A stretch of 64,000 bases of DNA from Treponema sp. (GCA_017534445.1 JAFXWC010000064.1:14769-78768); one strand, 5' to 3'; counted from the first letter of the stretch, positions 28,821-39,164 are shown. Numbers and translations are program-made. Notes: generated by a model not told the origin, from the sequence alone.

Positions 28821-29100
28821 TTTCTTCTCCTAAAGAATTGTTAGCCTGTAATGTGCTTGGAATGCTGATTGGCTTTTTGAAACTGGCGTTTCTTTTAGTG
28901 ATTATAATGCAGCGGGGAAATGGGACTATCAAATTTTTATTGTTTGTATAAAGATTCTTCGGGAAATTTTTTCTTTTGCGGGGGGGGGCTTGTGTGTGCG
29001 GGGGGACGGTATGCGACAGTGGTGCCAGTCTGCATAGAAGTGCCATCTGCGACAGGGGTATCAGCTGCATTGGGGTGCACTGTGCGCTTGTGAAGTAATT

Positions 29101-29850
29101 TTACTTGCTGTAAGGAGCCTTTATGCTTGCGGCCTTTTCCACGGCATCTTCCAGCGACATACCGTAAAATTCCCCGGCACCAAGCAGACGTCCGCTCTTT
29201 TTGTCGTCAACAAAAGCTTCAACCACCACTCCAGGCAAGGCGCTTTCCGGTGCGTTGGGAGCATTTGGCCCGCCAAGATCTGTCCTACACCAGCCCGGAT
29301 CCGTAAGGTTTATGCATACGTCCGTACCTTCCAGCTTATAGCCAATGTCTACCGTAACCTTGTTGAGTGCGGCTTTGCTTGCGGAATATCCAGCCTGCTC
29401 ACTTTCCAGCGCAATTCCGCTTGTTGTGTTCACGATGCGACCGAAACCCTTCTGAATCATCTTGGGAAGGAAGTGGTAGCAAATCATCATTGGGGCGGTA
29501 GTGTTAACAAGGAAGCTTTTTGTGTAATCATCTGCGGGGGTCTTAAGCCAGTCCTTTCTATAGGCAATCTGCATACCTGCGTTATTCAAAACAAGGTCCA
29601 CGCTAAGACCAAAAGAATCAATTTCCTGCAGCATTTTTTCTACGCTTGCAAGATCGGAAAGTTCAGCCTGAACAGCCTTGCATTCAAGGCCCTTTGCCCT
29701 TATTTCTGCAAGGGTTGAATCTGCATGTTCCACCTTGCGGCACTGAATAATTATGTTGCAACCACGCTCTGCCAAAAACAAAGCCGAAAGCCTTCCAATA
29801 CCGCGTGAACCTCCGGTTACCAAAGCCCAGCGACCCTTTACGTCTACCAT
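29101..29850 (-). CDS. SDR-family oxidoreductase
   Basis: TGGSRGIG, NNAG, YSASK, PGWCRTD.GG. Confidence 0.92.
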   Translation of the reverse strand: MVDVKGRWALVTGGSRGIGRLSALFLAERGCNIIIQCRKVEHADSTLAEIRAKGLECKAVQAELSDLASVEKMLQEIDSFGLSVDLVLNNAGMQIAYRKDWLKTPADDYTKSFLVNTTAPMMICYHFLPKMIQKGFGRIVNTTSGIALESEQAGYSASKAALNKVTVDIGYKLEGTDVCINLTDPGWCRTDLGGPNAPNAPESALPGVVVEAFVDDKKSGRLLGAGEFYGMSLEDAVEKAASIKAPYSK

Positions 29851-29916
29851 AAAAACCCCCATTTTACTAGCTAATAATTGCATTATAGCATGTCTTGTGC
29901 TATAAATAAAGAATCT

Positions 29917-30528
29917 ATGAATCATAAAGAACGCATGTTGGCGGGGCTTCCATATAAGCCTTGGTTAGACGGACTTGGTGAAGACAGGCTTGAGAACAAG
30001 AAGAAGATATTTGCCTTTAACAATCTGGAACCAGGTAATTTTGAAGAAAAGACAAGGATGCTAAAGGAGATATTGGGTAAGACTGGTGATTACATCAATA
30101 TTGAGGCACCTTTCCATTGCGACTACGGTTACAACATAGAAGTGGGCGAAGACTTTTTTGCAAACTACAATTTTGTCGTGCTGGATGTTGGCAAGGTTAA
30201 AATTGGAAACAGGGTTCAGATTGCGCCCAATGTCTCTCTCTACACGGCGGGTCATCCAGTTCATCCTGAATCCCGCAATTCAGGCTATGAGTACGGAATT
30301 GGAATTACAATCGGAGACAATGTTTGGATTGGCGGAAACACATGCGTTCTGCCCGGTGTTACGATTGGAAACAATGTAGTTATAGGTGCGGGAAGTGTTG
30401 TTACAAAGGATATTCCCGACAATGTGATTGCCCTTGGTAATCCTTGCAAGGTGGTCCGCGAGATTACTGAAGCAGACAGGGATTTTTATTACAAGGACAG
30501 AAAATTTGATGTTGAGGATTACAAGTAG
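29917..30528 (+). CDS. Sugar O-acetyltransferase (maltose/galactoside type)
   Basis: ERMLAG..Y, PFHCDYGYNI, hexapeptide repeats, GNPCKV. Confidence 0.92.
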   Translation: MNHKERMLAGLPYKPWLDGLGEDRLENKKKIFAFNNLEPGNFEEKTRMLKEILGKTGDYINIEAPFHCDYGYNIEVGEDFFANYNFVVLDVGKVKIGNRVQIAPNVSLYTAGHPVHPESRNSGYEYGIGITIGDNVWIGGNTCVLPGVTIGNNVVIGAGSVVTKDIPDNVIALGNPCKVVREITEADRDFYYKDRKFDVEDYK

Positions 30529-30534
30529 AACCTT

Positions 30535-30999
30535 ATGATAAAAGAGATTGTAGAAAAAGAAGAAAAGAGCAAAGTGGCCCGTGCTGTTTTGGAGTCGCTT
30601 ACCGAATGGTTTGAAGTTGAAGAAAACAGGGAACAATACATTAAAGACTGCAAGGACTGGATTACGGTTGCTTCTTATGATGATGAAAAGCCGCTTGGAT
30701 TTCTTTGCCTTAAGGAAACGGGAAGGGAAACCGTGGAGCTTGCCGTTATGGGAGTTGCAAAGGACTTTCACCGCAAGGGTATAGGAAAGGCTTTGTTCCT
30801 TAGGGCGAGGGATATTGCAGTTGAAAAGGGATATTCATTCATGCAGGTAAAAACTGTAAAGATGGGTGTCTACGAAGATTATGACAGGACAAATCTTTTT
30901 TACAAGTCTTTGGGATTTAAAGAATTTGAAGTAATGCCCTTGCTGTGGGATGAAGCTAATCCCTGCCAGATCTATGTGATGAGCATTTCCAAAAACTAA
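30535..30999 (+). CDS. GNAT N-acetyltransferase
   Basis: MGV..DFHRKGIGKAL motif A; FYKSLGF. Confidence 0.9.
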   Translation: MIKEIVEKEEKSKVARAVLESLTEWFEVEENREQYIKDCKDWITVASYDDEKPLGFLCLKETGRETVELAVMGVAKDFHRKGIGKALFLRARDIAVEKGYSFMQVKTVKMGVYEDYDRTNLFYKSLGFKEFEVMPLLWDEANPCQIYVMSISKN

Positions 31000-31046
31000 T
31001 TAAGCGAAACAATAATCTATATTCTATTCTCACCAAAAGATACCGT

Positions 31047-31163
31047 TATAGTTTTTTTCTATAGGTATGATAGGAAAATCGTATAAATAAACTTATTGAT
31101 TAAAATATTTGAAATATGTAATATCACTGGTAAAGGAAAAACCTATTACTGCACTAGGTATTT
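31047..31163 (+). promoter_or_regulatory. Promoter of the metNIQ/nif-like operon with candidate LysR boxes and a CymR/Rrf2-like box
   Basis: TATAG-N7-CTATA (31047-63); TGATA-N9-TATAA (31068-86); TTGATT-N17-TAATAT (31096-31124); AAAACCTATTACTGCACTAGGTATTT (31138-63). Confidence 0.55.
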
Positions 31164-31197
31164 ATAGCAGAAACGAAAAACTGAGAGGTGGTGCTGA

Positions 31198-31989
31198 ATG
31201 GCATACATACAGATTTCAGACCTTTACAAAACATTTCATCCTCACGGACAGAGTCTTCCTGTATTAAAGGGAATAAACCTTTCCATTTCAAAGGGTGAGA
31301 TTTTTGGAATCATAGGTTTTTCTGGTGCGGGAAAATCCACCCTTGCACGCTGCATAAATTGCCTGGAGACTCCTGACAGCGGAAGCATAAACATTGGCGG
31401 TACGGACATCCTTTCGCTTTCAAAAAAAGACTTGCGCCATGAACGCCGCCGCATTGGAATGATTTTCCAGACCTTCAACTTGTTTGAGTCAAAGACTGTT
31501 TACAAGAACATTGCCTATCCTCTTTTGATTGCGGGGGTTGGCAGGTCGGAAATAAAGGAGCGTGTTGAAAAGGTTGCGGAACTGGTAGGTCTTACGGACA
31601 AGCTTGGTGACTATCCCGGAGGACTTAGCGGTGGCCAGAAGCAGAGGGTTGGAATTGCGCGTGCCCTTATAAATAATCCAGACGTGCTTTTGAGTGACGA
31701 GGCAACAAGTGCACTTGACCCGCAGACCACTTTGCAGATTTTGGACTTGCTTAAGGAGATAAATCTTAAGACAGGAATTACGATCCTGATGATTACGCAC
31801 GAGCTTGAGGCCGTAAGGTATACCTGCGAGCGCATGGCGGTTCTTGAGGAAGGAAAGATTGTAGAAGAAGGTGATGTTCATACAATCTTTAACAATCCGG
31901 AAAGCAGGACCGGTGAGCTTTTTGCAAAGGTTTTCTACCGGCTCAACACTTCGGACAAGATGTATCAGAACGGTATGTACATTATTTAG
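31198..31989 (+). CDS. metN: MetN-type ABC ATPase lacking the C-terminal NIL domain
   Basis: GIIGFSGAGKSTL.RCIN.LE.P, LSGGQKQRVGIARAL, LLSDEATSALDP.TT; only 263 aa. Confidence 0.85.
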   Translation: MAYIQISDLYKTFHPHGQSLPVLKGINLSISKGEIFGIIGFSGAGKSTLARCINCLETPDSGSINIGGTDILSLSKKDLRHERRRIGMIFQTFNLFESKTVYKNIAYPLLIAGVGRSEIKERVEKVAELVGLTDKLGDYPGGLSGGQKQRVGIARALINNPDVLLSDEATSALDPQTTLQILDLLKEINLKTGITILMITHELEAVRYTCERMAVLEEGKIVEEGDVHTIFNNPESRTGELFAKVFYRLNTSDKMYQNGMYII

Positions 31990-32000
31990 GAGGTGCGAAA

Positions 32001-32711
32001 ATGAGTTTGCTTGACAACAGTCTTTGGGCGGTGCTGAAGTCTTCTGTCTCCGCTAAAATTTGGTCAGCTATATGGCCTTCGATTTTTGACACTCTTTACA
32101 TGACCGTGGTTGCAAGTCTTATAGTGCTGGTACTTGGCCTTGCCCTTGGCGTGATGCTTACGGTTACAAGCCCGGATGGTCTTTATCCGGTGAAAGGTCT
32201 TTATTCTGTTTTTGGTTGGCTAATCAACACCCTTCGCTCCCTGCCGCAGATGGTGATGATAATCCTTTTGATTCCGCTTGCAAGGTTCTTGTTTGGAAAA
32301 AGCTACGGTGCCAATCCCTGCATTGTTGCCATTGCCGCAAGCTGCATACCAATGTACGCGCGTGTCGTGGAAAGCAGCATCCTTGAAATTGGCAAGGGAA
32401 AGATTGAGGCCGCAAAGTCAATAGGAAGCTCCAACTTTCAGATTGTCTTTTATGTGCTTCTTCCAGAAACCCTGCCTTCTTTGGTAAGGGGCTTTACAAT
32501 AGCAGTGATTGCCGTTCTTTCCATGACGGCTCTTGCGGGAATGTTCGGTGCTGGTGGCATAGGAGACATTGCGGTGCGCTACGGCTACCAGCGCTTTCAA
32601 CATGACAAGCTTTTGGCCTGCATCTATGTCTTGGTTGCGATGGTTCAAATTGTTCAGTGGTCTGGGAATTTGATTTCAAACAAAATCTTAAAAAACAGGG
32701 CCTTGGTATAG
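32001..32711 (+). CDS. metI: MetI-type ABC permease
   Basis: TLYM, IN..RSLP, IEAAKSIG, LPE.LPSL, GAGGIGD.A.RYGYQRF. Confidence 0.88.
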   Translation: MSLLDNSLWAVLKSSVSAKIWSAIWPSIFDTLYMTVVASLIVLVLGLALGVMLTVTSPDGLYPVKGLYSVFGWLINTLRSLPQMVMIILLIPLARFLFGKSYGANPCIVAIAASCIPMYARVVESSILEIGKGKIEAAKSIGSSNFQIVFYVLLPETLPSLVRGFTIAVIAVLSMTALAGMFGAGGIGDIAVRYGYQRFQHDKLLACIYVLVAMVQIVQWSGNLISNKILKNRALV

Positions 32712-32754
32712 GTTCTGTTCAATATAAAAAACAAATTTAAGAGGAGAATCGATT

Positions 32755-33639
32755 ATGAAAAAAACATTGATTGCTGTTTTGGGAATTGGATTGGCTGTGC
32801 TCGCTCTTAGCTCTTGCTCCAAGAAAAACAAAAAGGTTGCAGACTGCTGCAAGGACGGTACTGCCGACTGTTGTAAAGACGGAAAGGCCGACTGCTGCAA
32901 GGAAGGCTCAGAGGAGGGTGTTGTTACCCTTAAGGGAATAATTGACCTTGTGCCTCATCAGGAAATAATTGATTATGCTGCCCCGGCTTTGTTAAAGGAA
33001 GGAATAAAGGTTGTTACCCTGCAGGATGCTTCCGACAACTTGGGAAACGAAAAGACATTCAACGGCGAAGCTGATTTTAACTACTTCCAGCACAAGCCTT
33101 ATTTGGATTCTGTAAACATTCAGAACGGCTGGGATTTGGTGAGCGTAGCTTCAATTCACGTGGAGCCTATTTCACTCTATTCCGACAAATACACAAGCCT
33201 TGCTGATGTTCCAGAAAATGCGGTTATAGCAGTTCCTGATGATGGAACCAATGAATACCGCGGACTCAAGCTTTTGAACGACAAGGGGTTCATCCGTCTG
33301 AGCGAGGATTCTTTGAGCGCACTTGATGCAAACACAGGCGACATCATTGAATACCTTAAGCCAATAAAAATCGTGGAAATCAACGCATTCCAGATTATTC
33401 CGACACGCGCAGACTACGATCTTTTTGTGAACAACACTAACAAGATTTTGGAAAGCGGAATAAAGACGAACATATTGGCTCAGGAATCACCTGATAGTCC
33501 TTATGGAAACATTATCGTAACAAAGGCCGGACGCGCAAACGATCCTGCCATTCAGAAACTTGTCAAGGTTCTGCTTAGCGATGATGTTCAGAAGTGGATA
33601 AAGGAAAAGTACAACGGAGCTGTAATTCCGGTAAAATAA
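32755..33639 (+). CDS. metQ: MetQ/NlpA-family substrate-binding lipoprotein with a Cys-rich repeat insert
   Basis: Lipobox LSSC; PH.EI, NYFQHKPYL, HVEP..LYS, TN..R.L, SPY.N, KYNGAVIP. Confidence 0.85.
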   Translation: MKKTLIAVLGIGLAVLALSSCSKKNKKVADCCKDGTADCCKDGKADCCKEGSEEGVVTLKGIIDLVPHQEIIDYAAPALLKEGIKVVTLQDASDNLGNEKTFNGEADFNYFQHKPYLDSVNIQNGWDLVSVASIHVEPISLYSDKYTSLADVPENAVIAVPDDGTNEYRGLKLLNDKGFIRLSEDSLSALDANTGDIIEYLKPIKIVEINAFQIIPTRADYDLFVNNTNKILESGIKTNILAQESPDSPYGNIIVTKAGRANDPAIQKLVKVLLSDDVQKWIKEKYNGAVIPVK

Positions 33640-33670
33640 TCGCCGGTCAAAAAATTGGAGGAAGAACAGT

Positions 33671-35131
33671 ATGTCAACAGTAAATTTAACTTTGCCCGAT
33701 GTGCAGATTAGGGAAGTCAGAATCAATTCCATTACCGGGTACTTGGGGGACGCGGGACAGCTGGTGAAGCTTTCGGAAAGTGGAATCAAAGACCACAACC
33801 GTAAGTTCACGCAATGCATCGGATGTTCCACTGCACGTGCCGGATGTATGGTTTCTATGATTACGGATGCAGCCGTAATTTCACACGGGCCCGTGGGCTG
33901 TTCTTCCTGCCTGCATGAATTCAACATGACCTATCGCGTTAATGCCCATCTTAGGAACAAGGAGAACCGCCGTCGCCGGATCTTTTCAACGAACCTCCAG
34001 GAGAAGGATACGGTTTACGGTGGAAACGCAAAGCTTGAGGCAACAATACGCGAGGTATTTGAAAGGGTAAAGCCTGCCGCAATTTTTGTCCTTACAACAT
34101 GTGCGGTTGGAATTGTTGGTGATGATGTTCAGAGTGTCTGTGACTCGCTGGAAGAGGAACTTGGAATTCCGATTGTCGGAATAACATGCGAAGGTTTCCG
34201 TTCAAAAGTTTGGACCACTGGATTTGATGCCGCATATCACGGCTTTGCAAGAAAGATTATCAAGAAGGCAAACAAGCACAGAAGTGACATGATAAACGTA
34301 ATCAACTTCTGGGGAAGCGATGCCTTTGCCGATTGGTTTGCTCCCTTTGGTGCAAAGCCAAATTATTTGTCTCCCTTTAACACTGTTGCAGAATTGAGCA
34401 GGGCTGGGGAAGCATGTGCAACAGTTCAGGCCTGTTCAACTTTAGGAACATACCTTGGTGCGGTTCTTGAACAGGAATTCGGTGTGCCGGAACTTGTTAG
34501 CGCACCACCATACGGTATTGCCCAGACTGACCGCTGGTTCAGGGCTTTGGGTAAGCTTCTTGGAAAGGAAGACGTTGCAGAGAAAGTTATTGCGGAGAAA
34601 AAGGAAAAATATCTTCCGCAGATAGAAGAGATAAGAAAAAAGCTTGCTGGAAAAACCGCTTATGTTGCGGCTGGTGCTGCACACGGACATGCTCTTTTGG
34701 ACATTATCGGAGAGCTTGGCCTTAAGGCAGTTGGAGCTTCCGTATTCCACCATGATGCGGAATTTGATTCCGGCCGCTTAGAGAACGACCAGCTTAAGCA
34801 GCGTATAAATGACTACGGCGACGTTCCTCATTTTAATGTTTGCAACAAGCAGGAGTTTGAGCTTGTGAACGCGCTTGTTAAGGTGCACCCGGACGTTATG
34901 CTTGCCCGCCACGGAGGCATGACCTTGTGGGGCGCAAAGCTTGGCATTCCCAGCCTGCTTGTTGGCGATGAGCATGCAGGTATGGGCTACGAGGGGCTTG
35001 TGCGCTACGGAAAGATGATTGTGGAAACAATAGAAAACGACGAGTTTGTGAAGAACTTCCAGAAGCACGCACTGAACCCCTACACAAAATGGTGGCTCAC
35101 GCAGCAGACTGATTTCTTCCAGGAAAAATAA
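33671..35131 (+). CDS. Nitrogenase-like component 1 alpha subunit (group IV, MarD/NfaD-like)
   Basis: P-cluster-type Cys in CIGC, HGPVGC and TTC; STNL.EKD.VYGG; cofactor-ligand equivalents QACSTLG and ARHGG; CEGFRSKVWTTGFD. Confidence 0.85.
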   Translation: MSTVNLTLPDVQIREVRINSITGYLGDAGQLVKLSESGIKDHNRKFTQCIGCSTARAGCMVSMITDAAVISHGPVGCSSCLHEFNMTYRVNAHLRNKENRRRRIFSTNLQEKDTVYGGNAKLEATIREVFERVKPAAIFVLTTCAVGIVGDDVQSVCDSLEEELGIPIVGITCEGFRSKVWTTGFDAAYHGFARKIIKKANKHRSDMINVINFWGSDAFADWFAPFGAKPNYLSPFNTVAELSRAGEACATVQACSTLGTYLGAVLEQEFGVPELVSAPPYGIAQTDRWFRALGKLLGKEDVAEKVIAEKKEKYLPQIEEIRKKLAGKTAYVAAGAAHGHALLDIIGELGLKAVGASVFHHDAEFDSGRLENDQLKQRINDYGDVPHFNVCNKQEFELVNALVKVHPDVMLARHGGMTLWGAKLGIPSLLVGDEHAGMGYEGLVRYGKMIVETIENDEFVKNFQKHALNPYTKWWLTQQTDFFQEK

Positions 35132-35171
35132 TTTAACCTTTTATATTAGTGTATTTATGTGAGGTGAGAAG

Positions 35172-36518
35172 ATGGCTAATTACACTGGTCCCATTGAACA
35201 GGAAAGATATACATGTGCTCTTGGAGCATTGCAGACAGTAGTTGCAATTCCCCATGCGGTTCCTATTTTGCATTCAGGTCCGGGCTGCGGCGAAATGATA
35301 AGCGGTTTCTTTGAGCGTTCAAAGGGATATGCCGGCGGTTCCACAAGTCCTTGTACCGCTTTTACCGAACGCGAAGTTGTTTTTGGCGGAGTTGCCCACT
35401 TAAGGGAAAACATCGAGAACACATACAAGGTTTTGGATACAGACCTTCAGGTTGTTATGACGGGCTGTACCGGAGGAATCGTAGGCGACGACATTCAGGG
35501 TGTTGTTGACGAATTTGCGGCACAAGGTAAGCCTATTGTTGCGGTTGACACCCCAGGCTTTAAGTCCAACAATTATGTTTCGCATTCGTCTGTTGTGAAC
35601 GCAATCATCAACCAGTATGTGTCACGCTATGAAGAAGACAATGAGCCAAGAAGCGAAAAGAACACCGTGAACTTGATTGCGAGCATCCCTTACCAAGATC
35701 CCTTCTGGAAAGGAAACCTTGCTGAATACCGCCGCCTCTTGAAGGGGCTTGGGCTAAAGGTTCACGTTTTGTTTGGTCCAGACTCTAAGGGTGTAAAAGA
35801 GTGGCAGCAGATTCCCCGCGCAAACTTTAACATTTTGGTTTCGCCTTGGTACGGAAAAACAATAGCTGACAACTTAAAGTCACGCTACGGACAGGAATAC
35901 TACTGGTACCATTCTGTTCCGATCGGAGACAATGCAACCACGGAATTCCTTAACGGAGTGCTGAACTTTGCCATTGAGCAGGGCGCAGAACTTGATGTTG
36001 AAAAGGCAAAGAAATTCATTCAGCATCAGATTGATTCCTATTACGAGGAAATAGACAACCTTGCCACTTTCCTTTTGGAATTCCGCTACGGACTTCCGCG
36101 CTTTGCCCACATCATTCACGATGCTGGCTACGTTGTGGGGCTTTCACGCTTTTTGCTGCACGAGACAGGAATCATTCCGGCAGAGCAGTTTATTGTAGAC
36201 AATACTCCTCCAAAATATCAGCAGGCAATTCTTGATGATTTGCTTTCGATAAGCGAAAAGAGGAAAATCTCCGCACAGTTCTTGCCGGATGCTGGAAAGG
36301 CTGCCGACATGATCCGTGAAATCAAACACGACGGAAAGGGTCTTATCATAGGTGCAGACTGGGACAGCGACTTGGCAAAGGAAAAAGATTACTGCTTTGT
36401 TCAGGCGGCACACCCTATGGCACTCAAGCTTGTGCTTACGACAAATTATGTTGGCTACACTGGAGCCTTGCGCGTAATAGAAGACGTGTACAACAACGCG
36501 CTTCAGAACTACCGCTAG
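35172..36518 (+). CDS. Nitrogenase-like component 1 beta subunit (MarK/NfaK-like)
   Basis: CALGA, HSGPGC, E.EVVFGG, MTGC...IVGDD, TPGFKSN, YVGY.GA...IED. Confidence 0.85.
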   Translation: MANYTGPIEQERYTCALGALQTVVAIPHAVPILHSGPGCGEMISGFFERSKGYAGGSTSPCTAFTEREVVFGGVAHLRENIENTYKVLDTDLQVVMTGCTGGIVGDDIQGVVDEFAAQGKPIVAVDTPGFKSNNYVSHSSVVNAIINQYVSRYEEDNEPRSEKNTVNLIASIPYQDPFWKGNLAEYRRLLKGLGLKVHVLFGPDSKGVKEWQQIPRANFNILVSPWYGKTIADNLKSRYGQEYYWYHSVPIGDNATTEFLNGVLNFAIEQGAELDVEKAKKFIQHQIDSYYEEIDNLATFLLEFRYGLPRFAHIIHDAGYVVGLSRFLLHETGIIPAEQFIVDNTPPKYQQAILDDLLSISEKRKISAQFLPDAGKAADMIREIKHDGKGLIIGADWDSDLAKEKDYCFVQAAHPMALKLVLTTNYVGYTGALRVIEDVYNNALQNYR

Positions 36519-36537
36519 AAAAGAGACAGAGGGTTTT

Positions 36538-36891
36538 ATGGAAGTAGAGAAAGCCTTGCCAGTAAAAGTCGGCTTTGCAAGCTTGGACGGTTTTTCTGTA
36601 GACGAGCATTTTGGACACGCACACGTTTGGCGGATTTACGAATTTTCTGATGACGCAGAGTTTTTGGAAATAAGAAAAATGCCGCCTGTTTGCGGGGGCT
36701 CCTGCAATGGGTCTTGCGACGACAACTTTGCCATAGCATACGAGCTTTTAAAAGACTGCAAGGCTTTGTTTGTTTCAAAAATTGGGGAACCAGCTGCGGC
36801 TTACATGATACAACGCGGAATAAAAGTGTTTGAAACGGCTGGAAGCATAGACAAGATTTCAGAGGCAATACTGACTTCTTCCATTTTGTAA
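36538..36891 (+). CDS. NifB/NifX-family cofactor-binding protein
   Basis: AS.DG..VDEHFGHA, L.DC..LFV.KIG..A. Confidence 0.88.
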   Translation: MEVEKALPVKVGFASLDGFSVDEHFGHAHVWRIYEFSDDAEFLEIRKMPPVCGGSCNGSCDDNFAIAYELLKDCKALFVSKIGEPAAAYMIQRGIKVFETAGSIDKISEAILTSSIL

Positions 36892-36910
36892 AGAATTGAT
36901 TTTGTGAGGA

Positions 36911-37792
36911 ATGGCGATGGCAAAAACATTTGATGAAATTTCAAAAAATCATCCCTGCTTTGCGCTCGGTCAAAAGTCAAACAAGGGACGCATTCACCTT
37001 CCGGTAAGCCCCGGATGCAACATTGGTTGCCGTTTTTGCCACCGCGACTTTAACGACGAACAGGTAAGGCCGGGAGTTGCCAGCTGCATAATCTCGCCGG
37101 ACGAGGCAATAGAAGCTATCCGCCGTGCAGTGAAGCTTTCTCCCGATTTGACCGTTGTTGGTGTTGCGGGACCTGGCGATACTTTGGCAACGGACTTTGC
37201 CCTTGAAACCTTTAGGAAAGTGCGCGATGAATTTCCTTCAATGATAAAGTGCATGAGTACCAACGGACTCCTTCTCCCGCAGAAGGCTGACCAGATTATT
37301 GACGCAGGAATTGACACTCTCACCGTAACAGTAAATGCGGTTGACCCGGAGATTCAGGCAAAGATAAATGAGTTCATTGTTTACGAGGGAAAGCGTTACG
37401 AAGGAGTTGAGGCTGCTCAAATCCTTATCCAGAACCAGCTTGCCGGCATAAAAAAAGTTTCGGCTGCGGGGGTGACCGTAAAGGTAAACACGGTTTTTGT
37501 TCCAGAGATAAACAGGGAGCATATTCCGCTTGTGGCAAAGACTGTCGCTGAGCATGGGGCCACAATCTACAACATAATTCCGCTTATTCCCCAGCATCAG
37601 TTTGACTGGTGTTCGGTTCCTTCATGCAAGGACTTGTCTTGGGCAAGGGGTGAGTGTGAAAAATACATAAAGGTTTTCCGCCACTGCCAGAGGTGCAGGG
37701 CAGATGCTGTTGGCGTTCCTGGTGGACAGGATTTTTCAAAAGAAGTGTATATAAAACCGGTGAGACTTGCTGACACCTTCTCTCACGGTTAA
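36911..37792 (+). CDS. nifB: Short-form NifB radical SAM protein (MarB-like)
   Basis: HPCF, RIHLPV.P.CNIGCRFC, VAGPGD, STNG, T.TVTVN, HCQRCRADA. Confidence 0.9.
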   Translation: MAMAKTFDEISKNHPCFALGQKSNKGRIHLPVSPGCNIGCRFCHRDFNDEQVRPGVASCIISPDEAIEAIRRAVKLSPDLTVVGVAGPGDTLATDFALETFRKVRDEFPSMIKCMSTNGLLLPQKADQIIDAGIDTLTVTVNAVDPEIQAKINEFIVYEGKRYEGVEAAQILIQNQLAGIKKVSAAGVTVKVNTVFVPEINREHIPLVAKTVAEHGATIYNIIPLIPQHQFDWCSVPSCKDLSWARGECEKYIKVFRHCQRCRADAVGVPGGQDFSKEVYIKPVRLADTFSHG

Positions 37793-37809
37793 AAATAAAA
37801 CGATAGTAA

Positions 37810-38697
<888 letters not shown>

Positions 38698-38711
38698 AAA
38701 CTAAAAAATCA

Positions 38712-38775
38712 GTCATCCTGAATGGCAGTGAAAAATCTATTCTTGCTTTTAGATGCTTCGCTGCCTTGGGATGAC
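38712..38775. repeat. GTCA-type REP-like inverted repeat, probably also a terminator between convergent genes
   Basis: gtcatcc...ggcagtgaa...atcta / tagat...ttcgctgcc...ggatgac. Confidence 0.6.
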
Positions 38776-38777
38776 AG

Positions 38778-39164
38778 TTACTTGTTATTCTTTTTTAAAA
38801 AACAGGCCAGCTTAAAAAAGGCTAGGCTTCCAAGTATGGCACCAAGAGTGTCCGCGCACCAGTCCCAGACAGAGCAGCTTCTTCCCGGCGTAAAACTCTG
38901 GTGAATCTCATCAATAAAACCGTAAAGACTTGTAAGCAGTATTGGCAAAAGAATTCTCCATTTGACAGGAAGTTTTGTTCCCACCCCAAAGGCAACCCAA
39001 AAGGCAAGCCCCCCAAAGCAGACCAGATGCACAAGCTTGTCCGCGTTCCAAAAATCCGGCATGTGTTCAATTGTTGGCTGGCTTGAAAGGTAGCAGCTGC
39101 AGGCCATGATGAAAATAGCCGGCAGCCATTTTGCAAATTTTATAAAAAATGTTTTTGTCTTCAT
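38778..39164 (-). CDS. VanZ-family membrane protein
   Basis: DKLVH...FG.L, YG..DE.HQ.FTPGR, D..AD..G. Confidence 0.9.
   Translation of the reverse strand: MKTKTFFIKFAKWLPAIFIMACSCYLSSQPTIEHMPDFWNADKLVHLVCFGGLAFWVAFGVGTKLPVKWRILLPILLTSLYGFIDEIHQSFTPGRSCSVWDWCADTLGAILGSLAFFKLACFLKKNNK

Noticed and set aside
31000-31197. SAM riboswitch or Met T-box before metN
   Set aside because: AT-rich, with a predicted leader of only about 65 nt; no S-box or T-box consensus and no terminator.
33671-36518. CfbD or chlorophyll-pathway reductase (DPOR/COR)
   Set aside because: Two distinct full-length subunits with P-cluster-type Cys sets plus NifB, and no tetrapyrrole genes nearby.
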